This document shows, piece after piece, positions 11,911-24,085 of a stretch of DNA of 64,000 nt. Below the pieces are notes generated by a model. It saw nothing but the letters and a program-made list of their open reading frames with translations, had not been told where the DNA came from and did not search any database. A program made the position numbers and the translations under genes. The stretch comes from Eukaryota sp. TZLM1-RC (Eukaryota > Protista > Metamonada: BaSk clade), in NCBI GenBank assembly GCA_040285825.1, contig JAUPSS010000009.1:558001-622000 (forward strand), written 5' to 3'. Numbering within the stretch: the stretch's first letter is position 1; each line of letters opens with the position of its first letter.

Positions 11911-12274
11911 TAATAGAGAAAAATTGGATTGTGAAGGAGCTGACGATGGAGAGAAATAGTCACGTAGGAAGAGAGTGGCGGGGTTTAGGACGAGTACAAC
12001 AATTGTCTCAAGAGAACCAACTGCAGCTATAATGTAAAAACGAATCAAAGATGAGTAGAAAAACCGGTAGTTAGAGTACAGGGGGGGGGGGGTCATAAAG
12101 CTCGGAAAAGAAGGTAAGTGAGGGAAATAGGAACCTAAGGGGAAAGTGTGGGAATGGTGAAAACCTTCCGAAACAAAGTTGAGGGTTAAAAATCTCCCAG
12201 AACAGGCAACCAGAAATCGAAAATGGGGCGACAAGTGTAAAATTTGATAGATGAGCTGTTTATTCTCATTACTT

Positions 12275-12395
12275 GTTGGACACCCACTCTGTGTCACGTG
12301 TAGTCACTCGGTCTTGTGCACTTAACTCGCTGCTGACCCCTGCAACGAATTCGGACTAACCTTCCTTTGGTCACCGAGATTTGTCACGAAGCTTC
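12275..12395 (-). ncRNA. Structured RNA, candidate omegaRNA of a minus-strand Fanzor remnant
   Basis: Minus-strand stems: CTCGGT/ACCGAG closing; TGACC/GGTTA; AATTCGTTGC/GCAGCGAGTT (10 bp, G-U wobbles favour the minus strand); GACAC/GTGTC. Confidence 0.45.
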
Positions 12396-12399
12396 TTTA

Positions 12400-13060
12400 T
12401 TACTTCAATCTTTTCTTCTAAATTTTCCGTTCGTATCTGGAGCTGTAGTTGAACAAGATGTATGGTCTTTTGATGTCTTTTCATGACCGTCATTACCACT
12501 AGTTCTTTTCCAAACCCGTATTTCCTAAGGGCAACGGCAATTACTCCATATCTTTTACAGTGAATTTTTCCTGAATGCCCACAAGACAGGTCTCTTGTTT
12601 ATTCTTGGGAAAATTCTTTCGTGCCTTATATAAATTTATTCAATATTTTCCCTCAATGATTGGCTGCAGTCACAGAAATGTAATTTTATTAATGAAAAAA
12701 GGCTTTCTTCTTATTTTGTTTTTTGGGCTCGTCAATTGGCGTCTAACGTGAAGACAAGTTTACCTAAAATTTGTCAATCCTGGACAAAATACTTCATTCG
12801 TGCTCATTGTAGAGCTCTAGATAAAACGAATGTCTGTGCCAATCAACTTCTCTCTCTTTCAACAGATGAACCCTTAGCCCAACCCGAAGAAGTAGTCGTA
12901 GATTCTGTTATCGTACTGTACATCAATTTTAATCTGAATAATTCAAGAGAAGGATTCTTTATATTAAATGCATGTAAGTTAATCTTGATTCCCCTTCAAA
13001 GATTTCCTGCCACTGCTTTCCTACTGTCTTCGCAAGATGAAATCAGTTTTTCATCAAAGG
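12400..13060 (-). pseudogene. Probable Fanzor remnant (family E)
   Basis: Scattered motifs QWQEIF, EKLIGTDI (RuvC-I-like) and ALRKYGFGKELVVMTVMKKTSK (RuvC-II-like), with many stops. Confidence 0.35.
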
Positions 13061-13530
13061 AAATTGGTGAGTTTTTTCTCTTTAATCTTAAAATTTCACA
13101 ATTCTTACTCATTTTCTTTTCTCACATGCATTGCTGGCAGAAATTTACAATAATACCTTTTGCTTCTCATAAATGTTCTAAAATTCTCGAGGAACCTTGA
13201 CAAATTATCTACTCTGTAAAAAAATTCCCACTTATTGAAGGAGCAACTTACAAAACAGAGTTCATCAAAAATACATGTCTGAAACTTAAACTCAAACAGC
13301 GTCCTTACCAAAAATTTAATATCAAGAGAAAAAGTTTGAAAAAAATAGAAAAAAAGACTTGAATTTTTTTTATTGAAAACCAATGGTGATGAACTGCTTT
13401 TGACTTTTGAAAGTACAAAAAATTGTCTTACAAAACACAGATGAGCTGGATAAACCACCCAAGAAGAAGCGAAGATTGAAAAAAGAAATCAAAAGTGACC
13501 CTGATGCCAACAGAGAAGCACAGTTGAAGG

Positions 13531-13666
13531 TGTTGTACTGTGGACAATTTGTCTAGTACATTTATATTTATATAACATAGTTCACTAGTGATGGCCTTTA
13601 TAAGGGCCGGTGAAATTCTAATAAATTATTCCTTATTCTTTGTTATCAAATATGGATAAAGCATCA
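13531..13666 (+). repeat. 5' LTR (136 bp)
   Basis: TGTTGTACTG...AAAGCATCA; 4 mismatches against the 3' LTR. Confidence 0.97.
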
Positions 13667-16662
13667 TTAATTAATGGCCTGAAAAGCCACAATGATAACC
13701 CTCCTTCCTCTTTGAGGAAGAGTAATGTCCCTTCGTTGAAGGAGAACAATCCACCATCCACGGTGAGTAATCCTTCCTTCGGAAAAAGTAATCCTCCTAA
13801 GGAGAGTGAGCTTTCCGCTGAGAAGAGCCTTGCCTCCCAGAAAGGAAGTCACCGCCCTAATAAGGAGAGAGGTAACCACGATATGGATGTAACAGAACTG
13901 TACACCTATCCCAATAACCCCTCGGAGCTCCTTCCTTGTAGGAAGAGTTTTCTCACTCCGAGCGAGCAACGGAGATTCAAAGCGTTTGATGTAAGTAATA
14001 AATCTGACGCTTGTACAGAAGGTGAAGGAGGCGAAGGCGAGCAACGGTCTACGACTAGCTCCTCACGTAAAACTCCCTCCTCACCTACTTCTGACATCAG
14101 CTCAAGTGAGGAACCTCAAAGTGATTCCAGAGGATCTCTTAATCAGAACTACAGCAGGAGAGGGGATGAGAGCGATGATGAACCACCTCATACACCCAAT
14201 CCTCCTAATCCAACTTCTAGGTTTCCATCTACGGAAAGGACTTCTCAGGGTCTTTACCGAAGGAAATTAGCAAAGACAGTTGAGGCTGTAACTAGAGATT
14301 TCTTATTGGACCTCATCGCCAATCCTCCTGAAGATGTAATGGATTGGAGTGATGACGAATTATTAAAAATGGCTGAGAATGAGTCAGAGCGTATTGCAGG
14401 AGACGTAGACCCAGCCGAATGTGAGAAGGTCCGACGTGACTATTTAGCGAAACGTTGGCCCTTCCTCTTTGGAAAAGCCCACGGCAAAACACTTGACGAC
14501 GTCGTCTACAAGAGTTATGATCAAAGTCCAAATCTTTTAAAGAGATTGGATGATCTTACCGATTCGGCAGTCTCGTGTGGAATGAGTGCAGTCGAGGATT
14601 GCTATTTTAACGCACCTTGTTCAAAGTATCAAGCTGCTACTCCCAGGCCTGCCAAATGGCATAGGGATGCAATTGATGACCACAAAATGTATTTCAGTGA
14701 AAATCAAGAAGCTTACGAATGACTATTTTGGATAGCTAAAATGTATCCTCATAATCAACAAGGTAGAAATCTTAGAGGCGTCGTAAGGCATTTCCTAGTG
14801 GAGAACGTACACCCAAAAGATTCCATTGCGGACATTTTTATTTTGCTTGGGGGCAGATTCGATGAATCTCGAGGTGACACCCTTCAATTTCATACCAAAG
14901 AGGCCTACATTAGAGAAATATGCACAAGGGTAATTGAATTGAAAGAACAGCGTTTTGGCCCTAACAAGTTAAAATTAGTATATCCTGATGCATGGATGGC
15001 TAAACTTAAGGCATGGGTTGATAGCTGGCCCAACCAAAATGTTTTTGAAAATGTCTTAATAAAGAGCAGTTGCCTTCCATATGATCATAAACTAGCAGGG
15101 GTCCCTAGAGGATCTAAAGATGCACCAGATTGGGTGGATTTAAGGCCACCAGCCCAGACTGTACCTGTACAAGAGGAACCTCCTGAGACAAGATTTATCA
15201 TAAAGTTGGGCGAAACATTGCCTTCAGAAGAGACGAATATGAACCTATATAGTACACCTTCTGTAGGGCCTCTGGCATCTAGGAGAGCTTCTTGTGAAGC
15301 AACTCCTACGCAAGCATCTGTTATAAAATCATCTATACCCACGTAACCCCTAGGAACGAATGCTCCTAGAGATTCTCTCGTCGACACCCTCGGTCTTTAT
15401 GGAACTCCTGTAACAGACGAGGAGAAATTGAGGAAAAGAATAGACGACAAACTGAGATGCCTAGTTAAGTTAAATGAAGCGTTTGACGCCAAGAAGATTT
15501 TCGACTTCGTTCTTAACTTTGGCAACTGGGCTAAAACAGTTAGGGATCGCGATGGACTCATCAGAGCATTTACGCCGATCACCAAATACGGTCAACCTGT
15601 TCATCAGTACGACTTCGTTAGATCTATGTTCTTCGAAATGGACCCTTTGTATTTGAAATTTATGATCGAGGGTAAGGTCATCGCAGAATGGCAGAGTTTT
15701 TATGGAGGCCGAACAAACGTGTTAGGCAACAACCCATCAGACGCCGAAATCTGGGAATATTTGCTACTCAGCACCCAGTACAAATACCCTACCGATGTTG
15801 AGAAGGCTTTAAGGTCTGTAAGACCACCTGCGATCAGTCGCAAAAGGACTGCTGAATCTTCATGGACAGCCTTCATGGAGCAGATCATATATATAATTCG
15901 ACGCTCTACAATTATGCCTGGAACGGATGGTAATCGGTCTGTCGTCTACCCAGCAAAGAGATTTCTCGAAACTATTAACGACAAAACAAACAATCAATTG
16001 ATGGACACATATATCATTTGGATTGGCAAGTTTGATTCAAGTAACGAGAAACTGGGCGATGCGATTTATGATTTAGGTAACGCATTTGTTAACAAGGTCA
16101 ATAGCCTTGAATCCTCGATCAAAGACATGAATTTGATAAGAACAGCTTTTGGTGCTCACGCTTCTGCGCAAAAGGACGAAGCCAGTCAAAAAGTCCTTTT
16201 AAGAACCCTAGAGTAAGCAGTCGACCCATCCCTTCAGAGCAATGGTGTAACTTATGTAAAACCAATAAACATCCTGAAGAGAAATGTTTCAAATTAGTGG
16301 GAAGACCTGGTTCAAAAAAGCGTCAGGGAGGTGAAAGACGTGATAGAAAACGAAAAAGTAGTAGTAATAAATCAGATGATTATACATCTTTTAACAATAA
16401 CCTTACAAATAATTCAATCAAATCCATTTATAAAATGAGCAAAACAGATTCGAATTATAATCACCTAAATCCATTAAAAAGATTTAGAGAGTCATCCAAT
16501 CCTGTGGGTTCTATCCACAGTGTTAGACTATCCAGGGTAGCAGAGGACCAAGAAAGTTCTAACGGGGAACTTTGGTTAACCTGCACCATAAATAACGTGG
16601 AAGTACAAGGCGAAATTGATAATGGAGCTGCATTTTTAGCATTATCAAATGTAACATGACAG
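13652..16662 (+). pseudogene. gag and start of the aspartic protease
   Basis: One frame with in-frame stops at 14720 and 15344 and a frameshift near 16190; CNLCKTNKHPEEKC zinc knuckle at ~16245-16290; protease motif EIDNGA. Confidence 0.85.
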
Positions 16663-16675
16663 TTAATGACAATAA

Positions 16676-17803
16676 ATATTAAATTTTATTTATGAATTTT
16701 CTCGTAGATTTCCTGATGATTCTCATCTGTTAGTCCCCAATTGTAGTCCCTATTTGTATGAGTTATCTTGTGAACTTGAAAAATTACCGCCACAAATTTG
16801 GACCAAATGTTTTCCTCAATCAATTCAAGAAATTCCAAACCGATCTCTATTTAATTTACAGTTTTGCTGTAAAAAGCTTCAACAAAAATTGTCAAAGATT
16901 TTTGAAAGCTTGGATTTTGATGTTAGACTTGGCTTGGCCAAGAAAAAGAATCCCGCTTTTGCAAATCTTTTACAAGATATGTGTGACAGTACTTCTTCTG
17001 CCTTAGTAACAACAATTCCACAAGTTTATGGTACTCTCTTATCCGATTCTGCTTGGACTCTGAATATGAGATTTCGTTCCTTCATCTGGCCTGATAATTT
17101 ACCTCATAATTTAATTTGTAAATGTTCTCGAGAAATTACAACTACTCATTTGTTAAATTGTAAACATTTTATTACTTTTAGAAGCAAGGTTCATGATGCT
17201 GTAAGAGACCAGTTATATTGTATGTGTAAATCTCATAGAATTGAATCCTTCTTGGAACCTCTGTTGTCAAATCTGTTTGATGCTGAAAATGATTTTCATA
17301 AGAATAATAGAGGTGATGTCATATTACCTGGATTAGATGGAAGCTTTATTTTGTTGGATGTAATGTCTGTTGATCCTTGTAATGCCTCAAATGAAAGGCT
17401 AGTTAATTCTGAAATTCATAATCCCCTTTCAAATGCTGAAAATTTTAAATTCAAAAAATACAATGAACATTTGTCCAAATTGGCCAGTCTACAGCATGCA
17501 AAATACAATTTGTATCCATTTGTATTTTCCCTTTTTGGTTCACTTGCACCAACTGCTTTACGTTTTTTGGATGATTTTGAAATGATTGTAAAGAGAAGAA
17601 CTGGCAGAAATTTCAACAGATTGTTTTGGCAAAATAGAATTGTGTTTTCTATTTTTAAGGGGATGTTGAAGATGGTTTCTGATGCTTTGCTTTCTCTTGG
17701 ATCTCACTATGAGAGAGTTGCATCTAGTGTTTTTGTTTTGGGAGAGATGGATTTTTTAGATGTTGATTTATAGGTTTAGAATAAAATTAAATTTAAAAAA
17801 AAA
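16676..17803 (+). mobile_element. 5'-truncated non-LTR retrotransposon (RLE type, family 1) nested in the gypsy protease
   Basis: ORF 16754-17773 has a CxC..H..C knuckle, HDAVRD and RGDVIL..LDV..AENFKFKKY (PD-D/ExK-like endonuclease); A9 tail; 13-bp TSD TTAATGACAATAA at 16663-16675 and 17804-17816. Confidence 0.93.
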
Positions 17804-20800
17804 TTAATGACAATAAGACTGTCGAATACTTATCGGCAAATGGTATTCGCTCCACGACCCTGGGATGTGCAAGTGGTGTTCTTGCTCTAAATGTGGGTAG
17901 CTTGGCCACTCAAGTGTTTTTAAGGATCGAATTCCAGATCATTCCTGGTACCAATAATTGTTTGATCGGAAGAGACTTATTACAAACCTTGGGGCTACGC
18001 ACGGAGCACGGTTTTAATATTAATTTGGATCGCGAACATCGCACCATCTTAAATGCTGAATGTGAGTTCGATAATAGAATTTGTCAACCAATTAGATTCA
18101 TGGAACAATTGAATAATAAATCAGACTTAGGTAATGATTTTGGGCATTCCACATTTAGACATGAGTTAAATGAGTTGGGCTGTATAATATGCCTGGATGA
18201 CATTAGGGACGAGGAACGCCTAGTCGTGCTACTCGAAAAATATAGAAATGTAATTAGTGGGCTACCTCACCCGGATGGAATTGATTGTCAGCCGATGACC
18301 ATTCCATTTTATGACGAAAATAAGGTCGTCAAAAGGAAACCTCGAAGATTAAACCCAGAAAAACAACGGGTAGCCGAGGAAATTTTTAACGAATTGATCC
18401 GTAATGGATTTGCTGTGCCCGCAAAGTCTCAATTCAGTAGTCCCATCTGTCTTGTGATTTACCCTGATCACAGGAAACCACGATTAACTGGCGATTTTAG
18501 TGGTATTGGTGGAGTAAATGATTTAACTAAACCTGTAGAGGCAAATTTGCCCAGGATTAGCGACATTTTAGAGTTTCTAAGTAAAGCTAATTATAGAGCA
18601 ACTCTAGATTTACCTAAGGCATTTTGGCAGCTCAAAATTGCAGAAGAGGATATTGATAAAACTACAGTATCAATTCCCGGGATGTCGATCAGTTTTAAAA
18701 GGGCTTGTTTTGGTTTGAAGAACGTTCCTGCAGTCTTCCAAAACATGATGATGGAAATATTTGATTCTGACGGCGTATTTATTTATATCGATGATATATT
18801 AATAGTAGCTTCGACCCTGGATGAATTTCTATCTAGAGTAGGTACGGTCCTAGAACGCGCCAAACGTTTTAGAGTTAACCTTGGCCTACCCAAGTGTAGC
18901 TTTACCACTTGCAAACATGAAATAAAAATTCTAGGTAGTATTTTTGTAAACAAAACCCGTTATATAGATGAATCTAGGATTGAGGGACTGATCAACCTAC
19001 CCAAACCCAGGACATTACCTGAAGTTAGGAGTTTCATAGGATCGATCAATTATATACGTGACTGGTTGCCAAATTTGTCTGACTTGATAGAACCAATCAG
19101 CAAATTAACCAGAAACAAACCGTCAAAAATCAAGTGGACTCCTGATCATGACGAGGCTTTTGGTAAAATTATAAATCTTATCAAAACAAATATCCCTCTT
19201 CAATTGCCCTCAGAAGACAAGCATATTTTAATAAGTGCTGACGCGTCCGATGTGGCTGTAGGTGGAGTAATATGGCAAGAAGCTAACCCACCTAAAGATC
19301 CTACAACACCGCTAATTAAGAGAAAGGTTGTACCTTTTGCCTTCTTTAGCAGATTATTATCAACTTCACAAAAGAATTGGTCTGTACTTCAGAAAGAGTT
19401 GTATGCAATTTTACTAATTCTCACTGACAGTAGTTTAGAAAATTATTTAATTTCGGGGAAATTAACTATTTTCACTGATCATAGAAATTAAACATACCTC
19501 ATATCAGCTCCTGAAAAGAACAGAATTGTGCAGAGGTGGCTACCAATATTGTCAGAATTCAATTTTGATGTAGTCCACACTGCAGGCGAGGAGAATTATT
19601 GGGCAGACATGTTGTCTAGATTGGTTGACACCAAACCCAAAACTCCTCGAGTCCAACAAGTGAGAAACTTGGCACCTCACAGAGTTGAAGAACAATTACC
19701 CCATTTAAATTTATTAACTAGAGTTAATTTGATAAGGGATGATATTACTCAACCGTTCACAATTGAGCTACCCACGATCAATATCTTATCTGCACTGAAA
19801 GAAGCAGTTGAGGATACTAAATTTGATTTATTTAACACTTGGATCTCAAAGATTAGGCATGAACAACTTATAGATGTTGATTCAAATCCTGATTGATATA
19901 AAGATTACAATTATAATTCAGATATTCAATTGTATACCAACAATCGTGGGAAGATTGTCATCCCAGATAATTTAAAGAAGCAGACTTTAACTATCATTCA
20001 TGGACATGCAAATGTTGGCCATCCTAGGGTGACGACTAGCGTAAAGAAATTACTCAATAGCGTTTACTTTTGGCCCGACATGCGCAAAGACATGATTAAC
20101 CATATTAAGAGATGCCCAGCATGTCAAAAGACGGCACATGTGCCTAAAAATGTCATTGAATCATCTGGCTCTTCTTGGGCTGATCGACCTTTAGCACAAT
20201 TAAACGCAGATACTATTGGACCATTACAACAAGATGATAATGGATTCAAATATTTAATAATTTTTGTAGACTCGTTCACCAGGTATACGATCATTTGCCC
20301 TGCAAAGGAATTGAATGCAGTGGAGGCAACCAACCACCTCCTATGGAGTGTAGTATCAATTTTTGGTATCCCACTGTTGATTCATAGTGACAATGGTATT
20401 GAATTTGCAAATGCCATATTCAAAGAATTATGTGATTTATTAAACATTGAAGTAAGTCGTTCACTAACTAGCTTTTCACAAAGCAATGGTTTAGTAGAAA
20501 GACGACACAGAGACATTTTACAAAGTCTAAGAAAGATTTTGGTGGACTCTGGCGATTATAGCAATTGGAGTGAATATATCCCAATTGTACAACTTCAAAT
20601 CAATTCAACTATTAGTAGAGTTACTGGTCATTCGCCCTACAATTTAATGTTTGGTAGCGACCACAGCCCTAGAGCTGATCCTAGTAATATGTTTGAATTA
20701 ATAAAATCAGCTTATGTTAATATTCCCTTTGTTAAAGATCTTGAAGCAAAACTTGAAAGGATTTCAAAGAAGAGAGAAGAGGCAGAGCTCAGGCAAGCTC

Positions 20801-21342
20801 AACAACTGCCTGAAGTTAACAAACATAGGAACCCTTTTAATAAAGGTGACTTAGTTTTGCGATTAAAGACTAATGGTAAACTCCATGGTTGCTTCGCTGG
20901 CCCTTTTCTCGTTGAAGAAGTTAAATCCAATAAAAGTTTATTACTCAAGAATCTTGTCACTGGTTCGATGTCTACGGCAAGTATAAATCATTGTAAACTA
21001 TACCTTTCAGACTTCCCTAAAGAAGATCTTGATTGGCATAAGAATATTGCTGCTGGCGATATGGAAGAATCTGTTATCGTTAAAATTATAGATCACTTTG
21101 ATTACGTAGATTCGAACAATAATAAAGTTCCTTATTGTACCGCAGTTTGGTATGGCGGCGAGACTTCGTCTGTCCCAGTTGCTGACGTCAAAAGCAATGA
21201 GGCATATCAAACATATTTGCGCTCTATTAGTCCTCACACTATTAGGAAACGGAAGGTATCTTCTAATTCCAAATCTAAGACTAGTTCCCCTGCAGTCAGT
21301 ACTCGTAGCTCTCGTTCGAGATCTAAGAGAGGGAAAAGGTAG
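17804..21342 (+). pseudogene. pol: protease C-half, RT, RNase H, integrase, chromodomain-like tail
   Basis: IGRDLL; LDLPKAFWQ, FGLKNVPAVFQ, YIDD; ADASD, KELYAI, TDHRN; H..H..CPAC, DDE core (ADTIG, SDNG, LVERRH), GPF; in-frame stops at 19489 and 19894. Confidence 0.95.
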
Positions 21343-21478
21343 TGTTGTACTGTGGACAATTATTCTAGTACATTTATATTTATATAACATAGTTCACTGG
21401 TGATGGCCTTTATAAGGGCCGGTGAAATTCTAATAAATTATTCCTTATTCTTTGTTATCATATATGGATAAAGCATCA
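21343..21478 (+). repeat. 3' LTR (136 bp)
   Basis: Direct repeat of 13531-13666, preceded by the purine tract AAGAGAGGGAAAAGGTAG. Confidence 0.97.
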
Positions 21479-22243
21479 AAGGGCACTAAAAACGCCCCGT
21501 CGAAGACGTAGACATCCAGTCGAAATTTTACATGAAAGGCCCCTTATTGGCGTTGATCTAAAACAATCTAGATTATGTGGTTACTTCTTAAATGATAATC
21601 AATGTGGAGTTAACATAACAAAACCTTCACCCAGTAAACACTCTTCCAGCCGTTATTCTGTTCAAAAATTGAACCAGTATTTGAACCATTGGAATTTGGT
21701 CAGGAGGAAAGTGTATTTGGAAAGTAATCGCATCAAATGGAAATTAATTAAATTTGATAACCGCAAACGAAAAGAGAGACGGTTCCGAGAGAGTCTCAAC
21801 AAATTTCAAAGGCTGGCTGGACATCCTGAAAAACACTATCTTGCTGTGGGTTCTGCTAATTTCCCTTCTGTTTGCCGAAAAATCAATCGATATGGGTCAG
21901 CAAGGGCTTTCAGAAAATGGTTGTGTTATCAGAAGGACGTGAAACACTTGTCAACCAGTGAATTTAATACAAGCAAACTGTCTAGTTGTTGCATGGCCGA
22001 GACTATTCAAGCAGCCTCATGGCAGATGCGTAATTGTACTGAGTGTCAAATATATGACAGAGATACTTCCGCTGCAAAAAATATTCAAATTAAGAAGAAA
22101 GCGGAATTGTTACCGGAAAGATACATTTGCCCATATGCTCTGTTGAGAAGATGAATAGGGAACCTGAGCATACAGGAACAAAAACTTTGGAAAAACTGAT
22201 ATTTTTTTATTTATTTTTTCAATTTATTTTGAAAAACTTTTGA

Positions 22244-22440
22244 GATCGATCTACAAATAGCTAAGTAGCATTTGGTAGATCTACTTAGATAGATCAAGTC
22301 GCGAGCTTTGTTCTGCGGAAACAGTAGGTGTATTTAAGTGAGGTAGCCCATTGATGAAGATTATGATTGTCTTTGCTACATGTCTCTTACAGCCTGTGAG
22401 TAGACATTAAGAAAGTTGAAAACAGGAGTGAATTTCACAG
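22244..22440 (+). ncRNA. Candidate Fanzor omegaRNA scaffold (family A copy 1)
   Basis: Conserved with 49970-50197. Stems: GATCTAC/GTAGATC; ACTTAGATA/TATTTAAGT enclosing GCGA- and GGAA-looped hairpins; ATGTCT-CTTACA/TGTGAG-T-AGACAT. Confidence 0.7.
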
Positions 22441-22575
22441 GGGAATGCATGATAAGGGAAATTTACAGCAGGTTGAACCATTTTGTCGTATAGTTATTTA
22501 TTGAAATAAATCATTTACAAAGAAGGGTTGAACCATTCTGTTTCACGCCTTTTCAACTTAAAAAGGGCATTTCCA

Positions 22576-23610
22576 ATGCTACGATTCAAAGCTTTCTTCG
22601 CATTTCTCCTCTTCTTACACATCGCAACAGCAATCACCTGTCGCAATGAGCGCAATCAACCTGTAGATTGGTTCTTTGTTTACAAATTGCCGATCATTCC
22701 TGGATATCGTCACTTGGATGATGGTTTTGGCTATGCATATTATGATTCTTCAATGAAGGACACACTGCTCACAGTGACAGACCGTAGCCTCAAGGACTCG
22801 ATGTCACTGTCTCACACGCTTGCCCCCATCTACACTAAACAGAAAGAAAACCTTGCCTTTGGAATGTACAATGATGATACCCCTTATGGAACTGCATCTT
22901 CTGGCTATGGTCATGTCAAGGGTGTTGTTGCCACTGACCAATCACATGGTTTCTGGCTGATTCACAGTACTCCTCGTTATCCATTCAACTCCACCGAAAC
23001 CTATGAATTCCCAGATTATGCCAAGATCTATGGACAATCTTTCCTCTGTGTTTCCATGCCGACCAAGGAGTTTAATAAGGTTGGAGTTGCTTTGAAGACA
23101 ATGAGACCCAAGCTTTACGAGACATTTGTTCCCTCTTATCTTTCTTCCAAACTCCCTTCATTGGTAGAAGCGTTTGAAGGGGAGTATGAGAACCTTGACA
23201 CGAGTAACGATTTAACAATGTTTTCTCTCAAAGGAATGTCTTTCAGGCACTTTAGTAAGTCTGCCAAATGGGGACGGTGTATTTACCATGATTTAATTTC
23301 TATTTCTTTAAAAGATGATTTATTTATTGAAAACTGGATGCGTCCATGGGTGGATTCATTCTGTAAACCAGAATATCAATATAACAACCTCAACATTAAA
23401 ACCATTGATTTTGGATCTGGTCGTTCTTTTGGTTATACCAAAGATCATTCGAAGTGGGCAATGACGCCTAACAACGATTGGGTTTGCATTGGTGATATGA
23501 ATCGAATGACGAGTCAGTACAAGAGAGGAGGAGGTTTTATGTGTTTTAGGTACAAGTCGTTATATACGGCAATGAAGAATGTTGTTTCAGAAGTTGATTC
23601 TTGTAATTGA
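22576..23610 (+). CDS. DNASE2: Deoxyribonuclease II (secreted/lysosomal)
   Basis: Signal peptide, VDWFFVYKLP, GHVKG, GFWLIHSTPRYP, YGQSFLC, DHSKW, CIGDMNR..QYKRGGG. Confidence 0.95.
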   Translation: MLRFKAFFAFLLFLHIATAITCRNERNQPVDWFFVYKLPIIPGYRHLDDGFGYAYYDSSMKDTLLTVTDRSLKDSMSLSHTLAPIYTKQKENLAFGMYNDDTPYGTASSGYGHVKGVVATDQSHGFWLIHSTPRYPFNSTETYEFPDYAKIYGQSFLCVSMPTKEFNKVGVALKTMRPKLYETFVPSYLSSKLPSLVEAFEGEYENLDTSNDLTMFSLKGMSFRHFSKSAKWGRCIYHDLISISLKDDLFIENWMRPWVDSFCKPEYQYNNLNIKTIDFGSGRSFGYTKDHSKWAMTPNNDWVCIGDMNRMTSQYKRGGGFMCFRYKSLYTAMKNVVSEVDSCN

Positions 23611-24085
23611 TCCTTAATAAATCAGTGAATTGTAATTGTAATTTTAGTTTGTTTTGAAATTGCTAAAACATAGTTGAGGATTTTTGTTTTATTTACAGAG
23701 CTTATAAAATTCAATTAAGCAGAAAACAATAATTTTTTAAGTTGAAATTCTAGTGTTACACTTAATTGAAGAGATTAAGTACTGAACTGATAGTACACAA
23801 TTCATCTGACTTGGAATTCTGCCAGTTTTAAATGTACATTAATCGAAACAATGGTCTAGCACTGCTTCAAAAATCACGGCAGCATGCAACTACTATGAGA
23901 GAAATTAATCAAACGAAAAGGGAAAAGAGATTAAGATAATGTGGTGAAAGTACATTTGTTGAAGAAAAAACAAAAAAAAAATAAAATATCCCTCAATGAT
24001 ATACCAGAAATTGGAAAAAAGATGCTCAATTTCAAAACGTTAAACAAATATTTACAAACAAAAAATACAAAAAAACTAAATAAAA

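Larger units (their letters stand above)
13531..21478 (+). mobile_element. Ty3/gypsy LTR retrotransposon with chromodomain-like integrase tail, full length, decaying
   Basis: TG..CA LTRs of 136 bp; TSD AAGG at 13527-13530 and 21479-21482; PPT at 21325-21342; domain order gag-CCHC-PR-RT-RH-IN; several in-frame stops and frameshifts. Confidence 0.97.
13100..22154 (+). pseudogene. Fanzor family A copy 1, split by the gypsy insertion (13100-13530 + 21479-22154)
   Basis: Left part: KFTIIPF, LKTNGDELLLTF, DKPPKKKR. Right part: LIGVDL (RuvC-I D), STSEFNTSKLSSCC (RuvC-II E), CTEC..YDRDTSAAKNI (RuvC-III D). The joined empty site matches copy 2 (cagttgaaggg-y-actaaaaa). Confidence 0.9.

Noticed and set aside
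14720-19896. In-frame TGA/TAA codons in the gypsy ORF suggesting stop-codon reassignment or readthrough
   Set aside because: Host genes end in TAA, TAG and TGA and have no internal stops. The stops are of mixed type and accompanied by frameshifts, so this is simple decay.
22471-22541. Repeat GGTTGAACCATT(T/C)TGT x2 near the Fanzor end, CRISPR-like
   Set aside because: Only two copies, eukaryotic context, no cas genes; more likely a small degenerate duplication.
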